The notes: generated by a model from the sequence alone, not told the origin. 64,000 nt of DNA from an uncultured Gammaproteobacteria bacterium (GCA_964551605.1 CAZKCV010000004.1:7331-71330); one strand, 5' to 3'; counted from the stretch's first letter, positions 50,295 to 59,763 are shown. Translations and numbers: made by a program.

Positions 50295-51898
50295 TATGGT
50301 CCTCCCGGAGCCTGGATAGCTTTATTGGAGTGGACATCACCGCCCTCTGTTTGTACCCAAGGGGTGATGCAGGCCCTGAGGTTACAAGTTTGGGTTTCTC
50401 TCAAACCCCTGGTGCCGTCTGCTTTCAGGCACTGCAGCCCGCCGTAGGCCGGAACCGGACTAATGCAATTTCTGGTTTTGAAGCCAGGCCCGCAGGTTTC
50501 AGTACACATAGAATTCCAAACCGGCCCGTCCGGAAAGTCCCAGCCGCCATCAACAGGGCAACGCGGAATGTTACAAGTCACAGTCTGGGAAGAAGGGCCG
50601 GAACAGGGGGCGCCGTTGTTTGAAGGCGGAGTGCAGGTTCTGGTCCTGGTGGTTGTATCGGAACCGTCCCCGCAGGCCGGACAGGCACTCCAGGGGCTCC
50701 AGGCAGACCAGACACCATCCGTAGGACACAGCGGGAGTTTGATAATAGATACTGCGCTATGCCAGCCAAAATTGCCGTTAAACCAGTATGTGCTCCAGTT
50801 GGAGGAAGCATCATAGCCGAATAAACGGACGTAATAAGTATGGTCGGGTTGAATAGTCAGGGGGCCGGAAACTCCTGAGGCGCCATTAAAGCCGATAGGG
50901 GCATCCGTGTAAGTAGCGCCCGCAGGAACTCCTTTATTATAAAAAGTGGCAAAGTTAGGGTCTTCGCTGATATCCACCCAGTTGATTTGGCGTGCCGGAT
51001 TGGAGGTGGGGAAATAGATCCTGGCCAGGACAGAATTAGTGGCATTTGAAGTTAAGCAGGTGCCATAGTTAGTCAGAGTGTAATCATACTGGATATTCGG
51101 CGCCGGCATTTGGTATCTAAACCCGGAGGCGCAGGTATTGGCAAGCTCTGTTTCTACACTTTGGTTGTTCCAGTTAGTAGTCCTTTGTATAAGGCTATAT
51201 TTAGTGCCAATGGTATAGTAAGGGTTATTAAAGGCAATACTTTGGCTTGAGTATCCAGTTGACCAATTCCGGGTACATAATCCTGAGGATCCCCATCGGG
51301 TATCACAGACTGTCCAGTCCCAGTTGTTCCAGTTATCATGAGCCTTGACATAGAAGTTAGTTACTGTCCAGGGATAAACCCAATCATAAAGATTGATTGT
51401 GCAACGGTTATCCCACCAGTTCATCCAGCAGTACCCGCTGCTGGACCAGATATAGGCTTTATTCCAAGTGTAAGCGCCGCATTGGGGAGGGGCCGGAGGA
51501 GGCTGCGGAGGGTTATTCAGGGTAATATTAATGGAGGAACAACTACCGGTGTTGCCGGCGGCATTAGGCGAGACAATAGTGGCGGTTATATGATGAGGAG
51601 GAGTACCGGTAGATTGTCCGGTTGTATTCCAAGTTACACTGGGCTTGATAGCAGGTACAGTGTCCCCCGGGGCGGGCCAAATCCTGGTATTATCAACTAA
51701 AATAGCGGTTACTCCTTGAGTATTAGTGGTATCCACCGTAATAATAATTGATTCACCGATAGTGGCACTTGTTTTGGCAGTGATATTACAGGTGGGGGTA
51801 CTAAAGTCAGTATTCCAGTCAGCCAGGGCCGGGGAGATAAAGTATAGAGTATAAAGTATAAAGTATAGTGGGAAATAAAGCAGCAGGCGGCAGGGCAT
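50294..51898 (-). CDS. secreted Cys/Trp-rich protein with two thrombospondin type 1 repeats
   Basis: Signal peptide ending ALA; DGVWSAWSPWSAC..C..RTRTC...C and DGGW..CTETCG..TRNC.SPVPAYGG..C. Confidence 0.8.
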   Translation of the reverse strand: MPCRLLLYFPLYFILYTLYFISPALADWNTDFSTPTCNITAKTSATIGESIIITVDTTNTQGVTAILVDNTRIWPAPGDTVPAIKPSVTWNTTGQSTGTPPHHITATIVSPNAAGNTGSCSSINITLNNPPQPPPAPPQCGAYTWNKAYIWSSSGYCWMNWWDNRCTINLYDWVYPWTVTNFYVKAHDNWNNWDWTVCDTRWGSSGLCTRNWSTGYSSQSIAFNNPYYTIGTKYSLIQRTTNWNNQSVETELANTCASGFRYQMPAPNIQYDYTLTNYGTCLTSNATNSVLARIYFPTSNPARQINWVDISEDPNFATFYNKGVPAGATYTDAPIGFNGASGVSGPLTIQPDHTYYVRLFGYDASSNWSTYWFNGNFGWHSAVSIIKLPLCPTDGVWSAWSPWSACPACGDGSDTTTRTRTCTPPSNNGAPCSGPSSQTVTCNIPRCPVDGGWDFPDGPVWNSMCTETCGPGFKTRNCISPVPAYGGLQCLKADGTRGLRETQTCNLRACITPWVQTEGGDVHSNKAIQAPGGP

Positions 51899-51958
51899 GA
51901 CTTATTATTGGCATATTAGAAAATGTTTTGCAAGGCGACAAGGTGGTATAATAAATTT

Positions 51959-52255
51959 ATGACACAATCACAAAAACGTCTGGAAAAAATCAAAACCAAA
52001 ATCCTTCCCATACTCAAACAGGCAGGAGTTAAAAGAAGCAGCCTGTTTGGTTCTTATGTCAGGGGAGAGGAAACAAAAGATAGTGATATTGATATTTTAG
52101 TAGAACTTCCTAAAGGAAAAAGTCTGTTTGATTTTGTAGACTTACAATTAAAATTAGAGGAAATGTTAAACAGGAAGGTTGATTTGGTGGAATACTCCAC
52201 AATTAAACCCCGCCTCAAACCTTATATTTTGGATAACCAGCTGCAGATCCTATGA
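51959..52255 (+). CDS. MNT nucleotidyltransferase antitoxin
   Basis: LFGSYVRGE...SDIDIL; overlaps a HEPN gene. Confidence 0.9.
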   Translation: MTQSQKRLEKIKTKILPILKQAGVKRSSLFGSYVRGEETKDSDIDILVELPKGKSLFDFVDLQLKLEEMLNRKVDLVEYSTIKPRLKPYILDNQLQIL

Positions 52256-52608
52256 AAAAGCGGGATATTGGTGTTTTTCTTGAGGATATTTTAGAGAGCA
52301 TTGACAGGATAGAAGAATACACCAAAGATATCCCGGAAGAAGGATTTTACAGTACAGTTTCACTCCAAGATGCAGTCATCAGACGCTTTGAGATTATCGG
52401 AGAGGCAGTTAAACATATTCCCCAGAAAGTGAAGGACAAATACTCAGAGGTTCCATGGAAAGAAATCTCAGGCACCAGAGATATATTAATTCATGAATAT
52501 TTTGGAGTAAATTTAGAAAGAATCTGGAAAACCATCCAAAAAGATGTCCTGCCCTTTAAAAAGCAACTTCAACAGATGCTCCGCGATATTGATGAACAGG
52601 CTTCGTAA
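52252..52608 (+). CDS. HEPN/DUF86 ribonuclease toxin (HepT-like)
   Basis: EIIGEA, RDILIHEY (RxxxxH). Confidence 0.9.
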   Translation: MKKRDIGVFLEDILESIDRIEEYTKDIPEEGFYSTVSLQDAVIRRFEIIGEAVKHIPQKVKDKYSEVPWKEISGTRDILIHEYFGVNLERIWKTIQKDVLPFKKQLQQMLRDIDEQAS

Positions 52609-52777
52609 TTAATCTGTTAAGCTACATTTTGATCTATATTATATTTGGATCTATTTTCAGGATGGCAGATGCGATAGTGGGGAAGTGGTATAATTAGATT
52701 TGATTGACAAAGTTGCTTTTTCATGCATATAGTGGTACTATAGGATCATAAACTTTAGCTTTGAGCAGAGGCTAACT

Positions 52778-54370
52778 ATGAATACCATTGAAATGGATGG
52801 GGTAAAGGTTGAGAATCCATCAAGCTTAAATCCGTCCGACGGGCAACCGCCTGATTCCTCCGTGGTGTCACAACATCATCGACGGTCTCACCCTTGGGCT
52901 AAGAGACTGATACGGTGGGGTTTAGGGCTACTGACAGTGGCAGCCCCGGCAGCAGATACCGGTGTCAATATCTCTAAAACTGCAGCACAAGAATTTTCCC
53001 AGCCGCAGCCAGCCCCAACCCTGGAACTAAAGGCCTCCCCTCACGGCTCTATTGCTGAAGACATAGAAGCTGTTAAATCCCTGCAATATTCCAAGCCAGC
53101 CGAGCCTGCTTCTCAGGTTAAGATAGAAGCTTCAGGCTCCTTGACTGATACATTGAAAGCGCCATTGGTAGTGAGCAGGGAGTGGGTAGAAAGGAACCCC
53201 CAAAATATAGTGGCAGAAGTAGATGTAACGGATAATAACGGCGATTTAACTAAGCAGTTTACAGTGCTTGGTAGTAGTGTTCCCTATGAAACACATTTAG
53301 ACGGAAATGTTTTTACTGAGCGCAGAGCCCTGACTAAAATCCCCATGGGAAATGTTCAATCGCTTGGTGTGACTACAGACGGACAGACTTTAATAGCAGG
53401 CGGGACAGTAGCAAGAGACAATAATGCTGCTGGGATGGTTTTCCTGTCTTCTGACCAGGGGCAAACTTGGGTAGACAAGTCTTCAAAGTTCAATAATCTG
53501 GAAGGATTTACCAATCAGGTAAGGACTGCCGGGAATACTTTTATGGCAAATAATGCTAGATTTGAAGCTGGTTCTAATCAATTCCTTTATGACGTGGTAA
53601 ACGGGGATATAGTGAATGTGCGGGATATTACCTATCAAGACCAAAATGGTAACCCTGTGGCAGTAGGTTATGCAGGGGCTATGGGTAAGATGTCAGTGGA
53701 TAATGGTATTGCCACCATAGTTACGAATGGCTCTAATTTACTGGAGGATGGCTTGCTGGTATTAAGAGTAGATACTAATGCCGGATCTGGTACTGTACAA
53801 CACATCACACAAGTGAGGGTTGGTAATACATTGACTAACTTGGGCTACCTTTACGGTAAAGCTTTTTATACGGATCCAGCTGGTGACCCTCATGTTAAGG
53901 CTTTTAATTTTACGAGAAGGATAGTTTTTGATATAAATCTGAGAACGCTGAACGCTACAGAAACCAATGTGGCGGGCGTATTAAATGGTAAAGGTATCAA
54001 AGACTACCAGCTCAATACCTTTTATGCAAATGATCTCCGCGTTGATATAGATGCCCAACGTAATATTAGAACTCGTGTTGCAGGGGCTTACAGTACTACC
54101 AATGGTGACGCGCGGGCAGCCGTGGTAACTTTGGAAACAGGAGATGGGTTTAGCGATTTATTCCCAGCAACAAGATCTATTATAGGTGAAGGTGGCATGC
54201 AATTAAAACGGATCAATGGTCAACTGGTGGAGGACTTTACAATTATAGGAAGAGGTAAGGCTATCCTGCTTCCGGACGGGCAACTATTATTTACAGATGG
54301 CGGTTTTCCGGGCCAAATTACGGCCAGAGCTTATTTACCTCTAGTCACTAAATCTTCCTCGGGTTGGTAG
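52778..54370 (+). CDS. hypothetical membrane-anchored/secreted beta-rich protein
   Basis: N-terminal hydrophobic segment, one BNR-like SSDQGQTW, C-terminal YLPLV. Confidence 0.7.
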   Translation: MNTIEMDGVKVENPSSLNPSDGQPPDSSVVSQHHRRSHPWAKRLIRWGLGLLTVAAPAADTGVNISKTAAQEFSQPQPAPTLELKASPHGSIAEDIEAVKSLQYSKPAEPASQVKIEASGSLTDTLKAPLVVSREWVERNPQNIVAEVDVTDNNGDLTKQFTVLGSSVPYETHLDGNVFTERRALTKIPMGNVQSLGVTTDGQTLIAGGTVARDNNAAGMVFLSSDQGQTWVDKSSKFNNLEGFTNQVRTAGNTFMANNARFEAGSNQFLYDVVNGDIVNVRDITYQDQNGNPVAVGYAGAMGKMSVDNGIATIVTNGSNLLEDGLLVLRVDTNAGSGTVQHITQVRVGNTLTNLGYLYGKAFYTDPAGDPHVKAFNFTRRIVFDINLRTLNATETNVAGVLNGKGIKDYQLNTFYANDLRVDIDAQRNIRTRVAGAYSTTNGDARAAVVTLETGDGFSDLFPATRSIIGEGGMQLKRINGQLVEDFTIIGRGKAILLPDGQLLFTDGGFPGQITARAYLPLVTKSSSGW

Positions 54371-56470
54371 TTATTTAACTGGTTCTCTTGGGATGCTCCG
54401 TTCGCCGCCGGTCCAATTGATATAGCTGTAAGTTCCCCACCTACGATTACCTAAGGCATTGTAAAGCGTTACGGAAAATTGAGGAGGCGTAGATGGTAAA
54501 CTGACCCCCCTGTCTCGCGCAAGTGCCGTTATACCAATGGATTGATTCTCATGAGCTATTGTCCTGGTAAAATTATGCCAACCATCCTTTAAATAGATGT
54601 AGTACGTGTCAAAGCAGAAATTATAACCATTGCAGCCTGACTGGTTAGAACCAGTTCCTGGTGTCGGTCCTCCGGCATAAGAAGTATTTTTGTTGGCATA
54701 GATAAGTACAAACCCATTTGTATTGTTATTGTAGTTTGAACTTCGCATTAGCTCTGAGAGGGTATTGTTATTAGGGGCGGGGGGTGAAACCTGGCTGGTA
54801 AAGGCGGCTCCGACTAGTTTTATATCGCTGCCATTTGTATTATCTACATTGGGGATGATGGTAATAGCATTATAGTAATTACTACCTCCTTGATTTGAGT
54901 CGGACCTTAAACCGCTAATAGTATAAGTCCCTGCTTCTTGTGAGCCGGTGGCCGAGTCAGGTTTGATTTGTAGGGTTCCTGGAGTTGGAGCGGTACAGGT
55001 AACGGATTTGGGAGAACCGGGGAGAAGAGTATGGGTGCCGGAACCAATGTTAATGCCATAGGCATAGATATTATGGGATCTGCCGTCCCTGAGGGAGTTG
55101 GCAGGAATAGTAAAGGAAAAGCCATGATTGGGGTTGCCGCCGCACTGGTTAGCTACTGCTGTTTCCCTGGGCAGATTGGCAGTGGCAGAGCCTAAGCCTG
55201 TGCCAGTGCCGGCCGGGCCATCCGCATAGAAATCTACCCTTAGGGAAGCATTGTAATTATCCCCGTCACAGGTCCAGCCGGTGATGGCCGCGCAAGTCCC
55301 GCCTTCCAGATTCCCCACCGGATTATAGGTGGCTTCCCCGTAAATCTGCAGGTTGGCCATATCTCCGGTTGCTGCATTGTAGCCGGAGGTGGGAGGATAA
55401 CCCGGGGGAGAATAATAAAAAGTATTAAAGTAGGCCCGGCCAGAAGTATAGGCATTCCGGGTATTGATGCCGTTGATAAAGACATTGCCCTTGCCGCAGA
55501 AAGGATTATCCAGCCTGACCTGGGAGCCGGAGGTATTAGTGCCATACAGGTCAATCTGGCGGGGTTCATTGGGCCGGTCGCAGTTATATCTGCCTTGTTC
55601 CCAGTAACCGCCTTCTTCAGAGCCTCTGTTTTGATCCAGATGGGATTGTTGGATGGAGAGGAAATGTTGCCCGGGTTGCAATTGATGATTGGGGATTGTG
55701 ACGGTTAAGTTGCCTCCGTCAAAAGTCCAATTGGGTCCGGTGTATTTTGAGGGCACGTCACCTTTGTAGTATTGGTCGGCTTGCACTGTATTATAGGAGG
55801 CGGGAGCAGGGGTCCAGTCAAAGGTAGACTCGCCAAAGATCACACCGCTGCCATATGGCACGCCCCACTGTGACCATTCATCCCGGAGACCCTGTTGATT
55901 ATCGGATAACATCTGATATGCCCTGGTCCATTCGGAGGCCCGGGGGCAGGGCCGCTGGGGATCATTAATGATCATTCTTCTTAAGAATAAAGCTTCAATG
56001 GAGTTCTGGTCCACTCCGCAAAGGCTGGCCAAATCATTGGCTAACTCACCACCGATAAAAATCCGTTCCTCCCTGGCTAACATCGGCCCGGTAGGAGAAA
56101 TAACCGTGGTCCGGCCTTCATAGCCAAACGGGCTGGATTGTCCTTCGGGAGAAGTAGCCACTTGAGTAGAAGCAGTTGGTTCTCCGGCAAATACAGCCAC
56201 AGAAACTATCCCACCGGTGTTGCCTCCGGCATGGCCCAGTTTAAAGTCGGTTAACCTGATCCGGTTGACTTTGACCACTCCCGAAGGGGCGGCAAAGCTT
56301 TGGCCGGCCAGGTGGTTATCGGTCCAGCCTGCCTCAGTAGTATTGCTGCCGGCCGGACCATTGCCCGGGAAAATTTCAATTTCAGCGGCTGAGGCCGGGG
56401 AGGGAAGAATAAGTAATATAAGTAATAAGAATAAACATGTAATGCTGAATAAAGCTTTAAGTTTGCTCAT
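54371..56470 (-). CDS. large secreted hypothetical protein
   Basis: Signal peptide ending ASA; Gly/Asn/Thr-rich; Ig-like-looking module GWTCD...HGFSF...GSPK. Confidence 0.75.
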   Translation of the reverse strand: MSKLKALFSITCLFLLLILLILPSPASAAEIEIFPGNGPAGSNTTEAGWTDNHLAGQSFAAPSGVVKVNRIRLTDFKLGHAGGNTGGIVSVAVFAGEPTASTQVATSPEGQSSPFGYEGRTTVISPTGPMLAREERIFIGGELANDLASLCGVDQNSIEALFLRRMIINDPQRPCPRASEWTRAYQMLSDNQQGLRDEWSQWGVPYGSGVIFGESTFDWTPAPASYNTVQADQYYKGDVPSKYTGPNWTFDGGNLTVTIPNHQLQPGQHFLSIQQSHLDQNRGSEEGGYWEQGRYNCDRPNEPRQIDLYGTNTSGSQVRLDNPFCGKGNVFINGINTRNAYTSGRAYFNTFYYSPPGYPPTSGYNAATGDMANLQIYGEATYNPVGNLEGGTCAAITGWTCDGDNYNASLRVDFYADGPAGTGTGLGSATANLPRETAVANQCGGNPNHGFSFTIPANSLRDGRSHNIYAYGINIGSGTHTLLPGSPKSVTCTAPTPGTLQIKPDSATGSQEAGTYTISGLRSDSNQGGSNYYNAITIIPNVDNTNGSDIKLVGAAFTSQVSPPAPNNNTLSELMRSSNYNNNTNGFVLIYANKNTSYAGGPTPGTGSNQSGCNGYNFCFDTYYIYLKDGWHNFTRTIAHENQSIGITALARDRGVSLPSTPPQFSVTLYNALGNRRWGTYSYINWTGGERSIPREPVK

Positions 56471-56473
56471 AGT

Positions 56474-56971
56474 TTATTTAATCTCCGGATCCAGAATCAC
56501 TATCAGGTTTGTTTCCAGAAGGCCTTCTGTATTTGCGGCAGCAGAAATTGATACAGAACTGCCTATTTGGGCAGAAGAGGAAGCCGGTACTGTGCCAATG
56601 GAATTGGGGCCGAAACGCTGCTGTTTTAAGATAGCGGCGCCGGTAGCAATCCGGATGTCTATTTCCTGGTCATCACTTACTTTTACGGTTAATACATTGT
56701 CTTCAATCCGGCTGATTTCACCTTCCACCAGTTCAGAGGTGGGTAGCTCTGTATCTTCCGGTGCAGCAGTTTCTTCAGTAATGTTACTTTTCTGTTGGGT
56801 TAAAAAGTAAGTAGCAGCCAAACCCAGACCTGAAAGCAGGATGGCAGTAATAATAATTAAGCTGATCCGGTTTAAGAAGATATTTTTTAATAGATTAAGT
56901 TTAGAATCCATAAATTTATTATGGCTTTTTTTATGCAGGATATGCAAGTGTCTCTTGGCAGTTTTTTTCAC
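56474..56971 (-). CDS. membrane-anchored hypothetical protein
   Basis: Single TM then beta-rich domain; start GTG 56971 or ATG 56911. Confidence 0.6.
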   Translation of the reverse strand: MKKTAKRHLHILHKKSHNKFMDSKLNLLKNIFLNRISLIIITAILLSGLGLAATYFLTQQKSNITEETAAPEDTELPTSELVEGEISRIEDNVLTVKVSDDQEIDIRIATGAAILKQQRFGPNSIGTVPASSSAQIGSSVSISAAANTEGLLETNLIVILDPEIK

Positions 56972-57000
56972 CTTAACTTTATAATACAATATCTGCCGCA

Positions 57001-57165
57001 ATGGTCAAGTTGAATGCAAAGCAATTAAGGAAGGGTAAAGGGGAAAGCGTAAAGGGTGAAGTAAGAAAGAACAACATCTATATTATCCTGGATAATGTTT
57101 TAGATACCTATAATATTGGTTCTATCTTCAGGCTGGCAGATGCAACTTTGAAGATTTTACATTGA
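57001..57165 (+). pseudogene. orphan 5' fragment of the TrmH/SpoU methyltransferase gene
   Basis: MVKLNAKQLRKG...LDNVLDTYNIGSIFRLADA then diverges; homologous to 59764-59906. Confidence 0.85.
57089..57143 (+). repeat. 55-bp direct repeat, left copy
   Basis: TGGATAATGTTTTAGATACC...GCTGGCAGATGC identical to 59852-59906. Confidence 0.9.
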
Positions 57166-57191
57166 CATATTGGTTAAGAATGAGGTATCTT
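57162..57191 (+). promoter_or_regulatory. putative sigma70 promoter for the radical SAM gene
   Basis: TTGACA-18 bp-TATCTT. Confidence 0.5.
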
Positions 57192-57219
57192 GCAAATATT
57201 CCTGCCTGATAGAGGTTGA

Positions 57220-58551
57220 ATGACAAAACAAGAGATTTCTATTTCGGATCATCAAGAGCCTAATTTATTGAGATTACGCGGTGGAGTTTTTCTTGTTGAA
57301 GGATCTAAACGGGCAGCTCTATATGATACAAACAGCGGTAATGTCTATTCGCTTAACCAAGAAGCAACTCAAACAGTAAAAGGAGAAGCTAATTATCCCG
57401 AATTTTGGTCAAAACTTGCTTCTATGCAACTGGTTGTTGCCAGACAAGATTCCGCAACTGAGTTGATCATTTCAGAAGTTGAAATTCCGAAACCAACCTT
57501 GCAATTTGCATGGTTAGAACTTACTGAATTGTGTAATGAACGTTGTCTTCACTGCTATGGCAGTTTTTCTCCAGATAAGCAAGATAAAATTGCTAGATCT
57601 CTTGATCATACAGAATGGAAAGATACTATACAATCGTTGGCAGAAAATGGCTGTAAACAAATTCAATTTATCGGCGGAGAACCTTTTAGGTACCGCGGTG
57701 AGACAAAAACACAAACTGTTTTAGATTTGGCTGACTTTGCTAAAGAGCAGGATTTTAGTTTAGTTGAGATATTTACTAATGGAACGTTGATCTCGGCAGA
57801 AATTGTTAAAAGAATAAAAGATCTTGAAGTTTCAGTTGCTCTTTCGCTCTATTCATCAAACGCTGCGATTCATGACAATATAACACAAACCCCTGGAAGT
57901 TACAGAAAAACTCTTAGGGCAATTAATATGTTGAGAGAAGCAGATGTTTCGCTGAGAGCAGCTATTATTGTAATGAAACAAAATGAAGATACTATTGAAC
58001 AAACATTAGAGATGGCTCAAAATTTAGGCTTGAACGTTAGAGTCCCTGATGCAGTGCGCCCCAGTGGGAGGGCACAAGAAACAGATATAATTCCAAGTGT
58101 CGAAATGCTCATAAAATATGGGCTTATCACAAAACCGAATTTCTCAACCGATCCAGTTAGCTTTCAGCGAAACCACCTGTATCACAGTTGTTTAGCCGGT
58201 AAGGTTGCAATTACTAGGGATAGACAAGTCATCCCTTGTATTTTCTCAAGAGATAACACATTAGGTAATCTTAGAGATCAAAAATTGGCAGATGTACTTG
58301 AGTCTCCAGTTCTAAAAGAAACTTGGGAATTAACCAAAGATAAAGTTTTGGTTTGTAGAGACTGCGAATACCGTTACGCTTGTTCTGACTGCCGTCCGCT
58401 TGCTGAAGGTTCAAATTGCGGAAAAGGCTATTCAAGCGCTCCCTTTCCAAGATGTACCTATAATCCGTATACTGGTGAATGGGGATCCGGTGTGTGGAGG
58501 ATGAACAGTCAGGGAGAAATTGTTTATGAAGAATTGCCAATACAAAAGTAA
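57220..58551 (+). CDS. radical SAM/SPASM-domain peptide maturase
   Basis: CNERCLHC, FIGGEP, TNG; SPASM cysteines SCLAG...IPC...CRDCEYRYACSDCR...RCTYNP; extra N-terminal RRE-like region. Confidence 0.9.
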   Translation: MTKQEISISDHQEPNLLRLRGGVFLVEGSKRAALYDTNSGNVYSLNQEATQTVKGEANYPEFWSKLASMQLVVARQDSATELIISEVEIPKPTLQFAWLELTELCNERCLHCYGSFSPDKQDKIARSLDHTEWKDTIQSLAENGCKQIQFIGGEPFRYRGETKTQTVLDLADFAKEQDFSLVEIFTNGTLISAEIVKRIKDLEVSVALSLYSSNAAIHDNITQTPGSYRKTLRAINMLREADVSLRAAIIVMKQNEDTIEQTLEMAQNLGLNVRVPDAVRPSGRAQETDIIPSVEMLIKYGLITKPNFSTDPVSFQRNHLYHSCLAGKVAITRDRQVIPCIFSRDNTLGNLRDQKLADVLESPVLKETWELTKDKVLVCRDCEYRYACSDCRPLAEGSNCGKGYSSAPFPRCTYNPYTGEWGSGVWRMNSQGEIVYEELPIQK

Positions 58552-58572
58552 AAAGAAGGGAGGTGAAGAAAT

Positions 58573-58782
58573 ATAAAAGAAAATACCGAAATTTTAGCTC
58601 AACAAGCGGCTAGTAGGCAGGTTGGTTCTGGACCCACAATTGAATTGGTAACACCTAAAGCTGGAATGGGCATGGAACCAAGTGGAGTTTGTCCTCCAGA
58701 TTGTGCTCCAGGTGCAATTTGTCCTCCAAATTGCTTACCGAATTGTCAGCCGTCGTGTCCGCCGACAATATTTCCAAGATAG
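58573..58782 (+). CDS. putative RiPP precursor peptide, 69 aa, six C-x-P units (not in the ORF track)
   Basis: GGAGGTG SD then ATA; (M)KENTEILAQQAASRQVGSGPTIELVTPKAGMGMEPSGVCPPDCAPGAICPPNCLPNCQPSCPPTIFPR*; directly after the rSAM stop. Confidence 0.75.
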   Translation: MKENTEILAQQAASRQVGSGPTIELVTPKAGMGMEPSGVCPPDCAPGAICPPNCLPNCQPSCPPTIFPR

Positions 58783-58817
58783 CCTGAATCTTCCAAGCAG
58801 CCTAAACTACCGCCGAA

Positions 58818-59729
58818 CTAAGGCGGAATATGTAGCGTATTGGGGGTGGGGGCAATCAGGAATTGTGGCCAGGTTTTAGGGTATAGAGTCATGATAATTT
58901 TGCCGAAAACAAAGGCGAAATCGTGAGGGTATTTGCGTGGTTCTAATACAGAATCTACTTGGTCGAGATTATTTTCTTTTTCGACCTTTAGTAGGTATCC
59001 CATTGTATTGGCAGCAAAGATATCAAAGTTTCGTTTATGAGTCGGCCAAAAAATCATACTTGCCTGATATTCACAACAGAAAGCAAAGAGCTCGGTTATT
59101 CCTTCAACGGCGGGAAACCGAATTGGCAATTTTGCAAATTTTTCGCTCTTGGAGTGAGATGAATTTTTTACTTCGGAGTAGAGCTGTTTAACGGTTTTCA
59201 ACAGCAGGAGATTTTCCTTCTTATTTGAGTAATACCAAAGTTTGTGTTGGTGCCAGTAAGCGTGTCCGAATTCGTGGACAATAGTAGCCATGTAACTCTC
59301 GCGGGTGGTATAGGGGTTGTTTTTACGTCTTTTCATTTTCTTTTGGAGTTCAGTAAAAGGTATTAATAATCCTCCGGAGATAAAAGAAGTTATCAACTCA
59401 TTAGTTTTTAGTTTTGAGAGAAGTAACCGAGTTAGTTTCGGTAGTTTTAGACCTGCTCTCCACCAGTATTGATAATCATCGGAGATTTTAAGTTTATGGA
59501 GAATTTTGTAGGCAAAATATTGTTTCAGGCTGCATTTAATAGAGGTAAGCTTGGGAAATTTTGCCTGTGACCAAAGATAAATATTTTCGCAGTCATAACT
59601 GACAACAATTACCTTTTCAATTAACTTTTTGTTCTTAAACACAAAATTTAGTTTGGGATGCCAAACTGAATTTATTCCTTCTTCAATTGCCTCGAAGTCT
59701 TCTTTTACCGCTTTGTAGTTTTCAAACAT
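58818..59729 (-). CDS. hypothetical protein with HExxH zincin motif
   Basis: TIVHEFGHAY plus a downstream E (TELFA). Confidence 0.65.
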   Translation of the reverse strand: MFENYKAVKEDFEAIEEGINSVWHPKLNFVFKNKKLIEKVIVVSYDCENIYLWSQAKFPKLTSIKCSLKQYFAYKILHKLKISDDYQYWWRAGLKLPKLTRLLLSKLKTNELITSFISGGLLIPFTELQKKMKRRKNNPYTTRESYMATIVHEFGHAYWHQHKLWYYSNKKENLLLLKTVKQLYSEVKNSSHSKSEKFAKLPIRFPAVEGITELFAFCCEYQASMIFWPTHKRNFDIFAANTMGYLLKVEKENNLDQVDSVLEPRKYPHDFAFVFGKIIMTLYPKTWPQFLIAPTPNTLHIPP

Positions 59730-59763
59730 AACGCAATTTTACCATTAATGATAAAATCATGGC

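Noticed and set aside
56217-56810. 197-aa plus-strand ORF
   Set aside because: Antisense shadow of two minus-strand genes.
58682-58879. ORF-track 65-aa ORF MEFVLQIVLQVQFVLQ...
   Set aside because: Off-frame shadow of the CxP peptide repeats; no SD and it overlaps the convergent gene.
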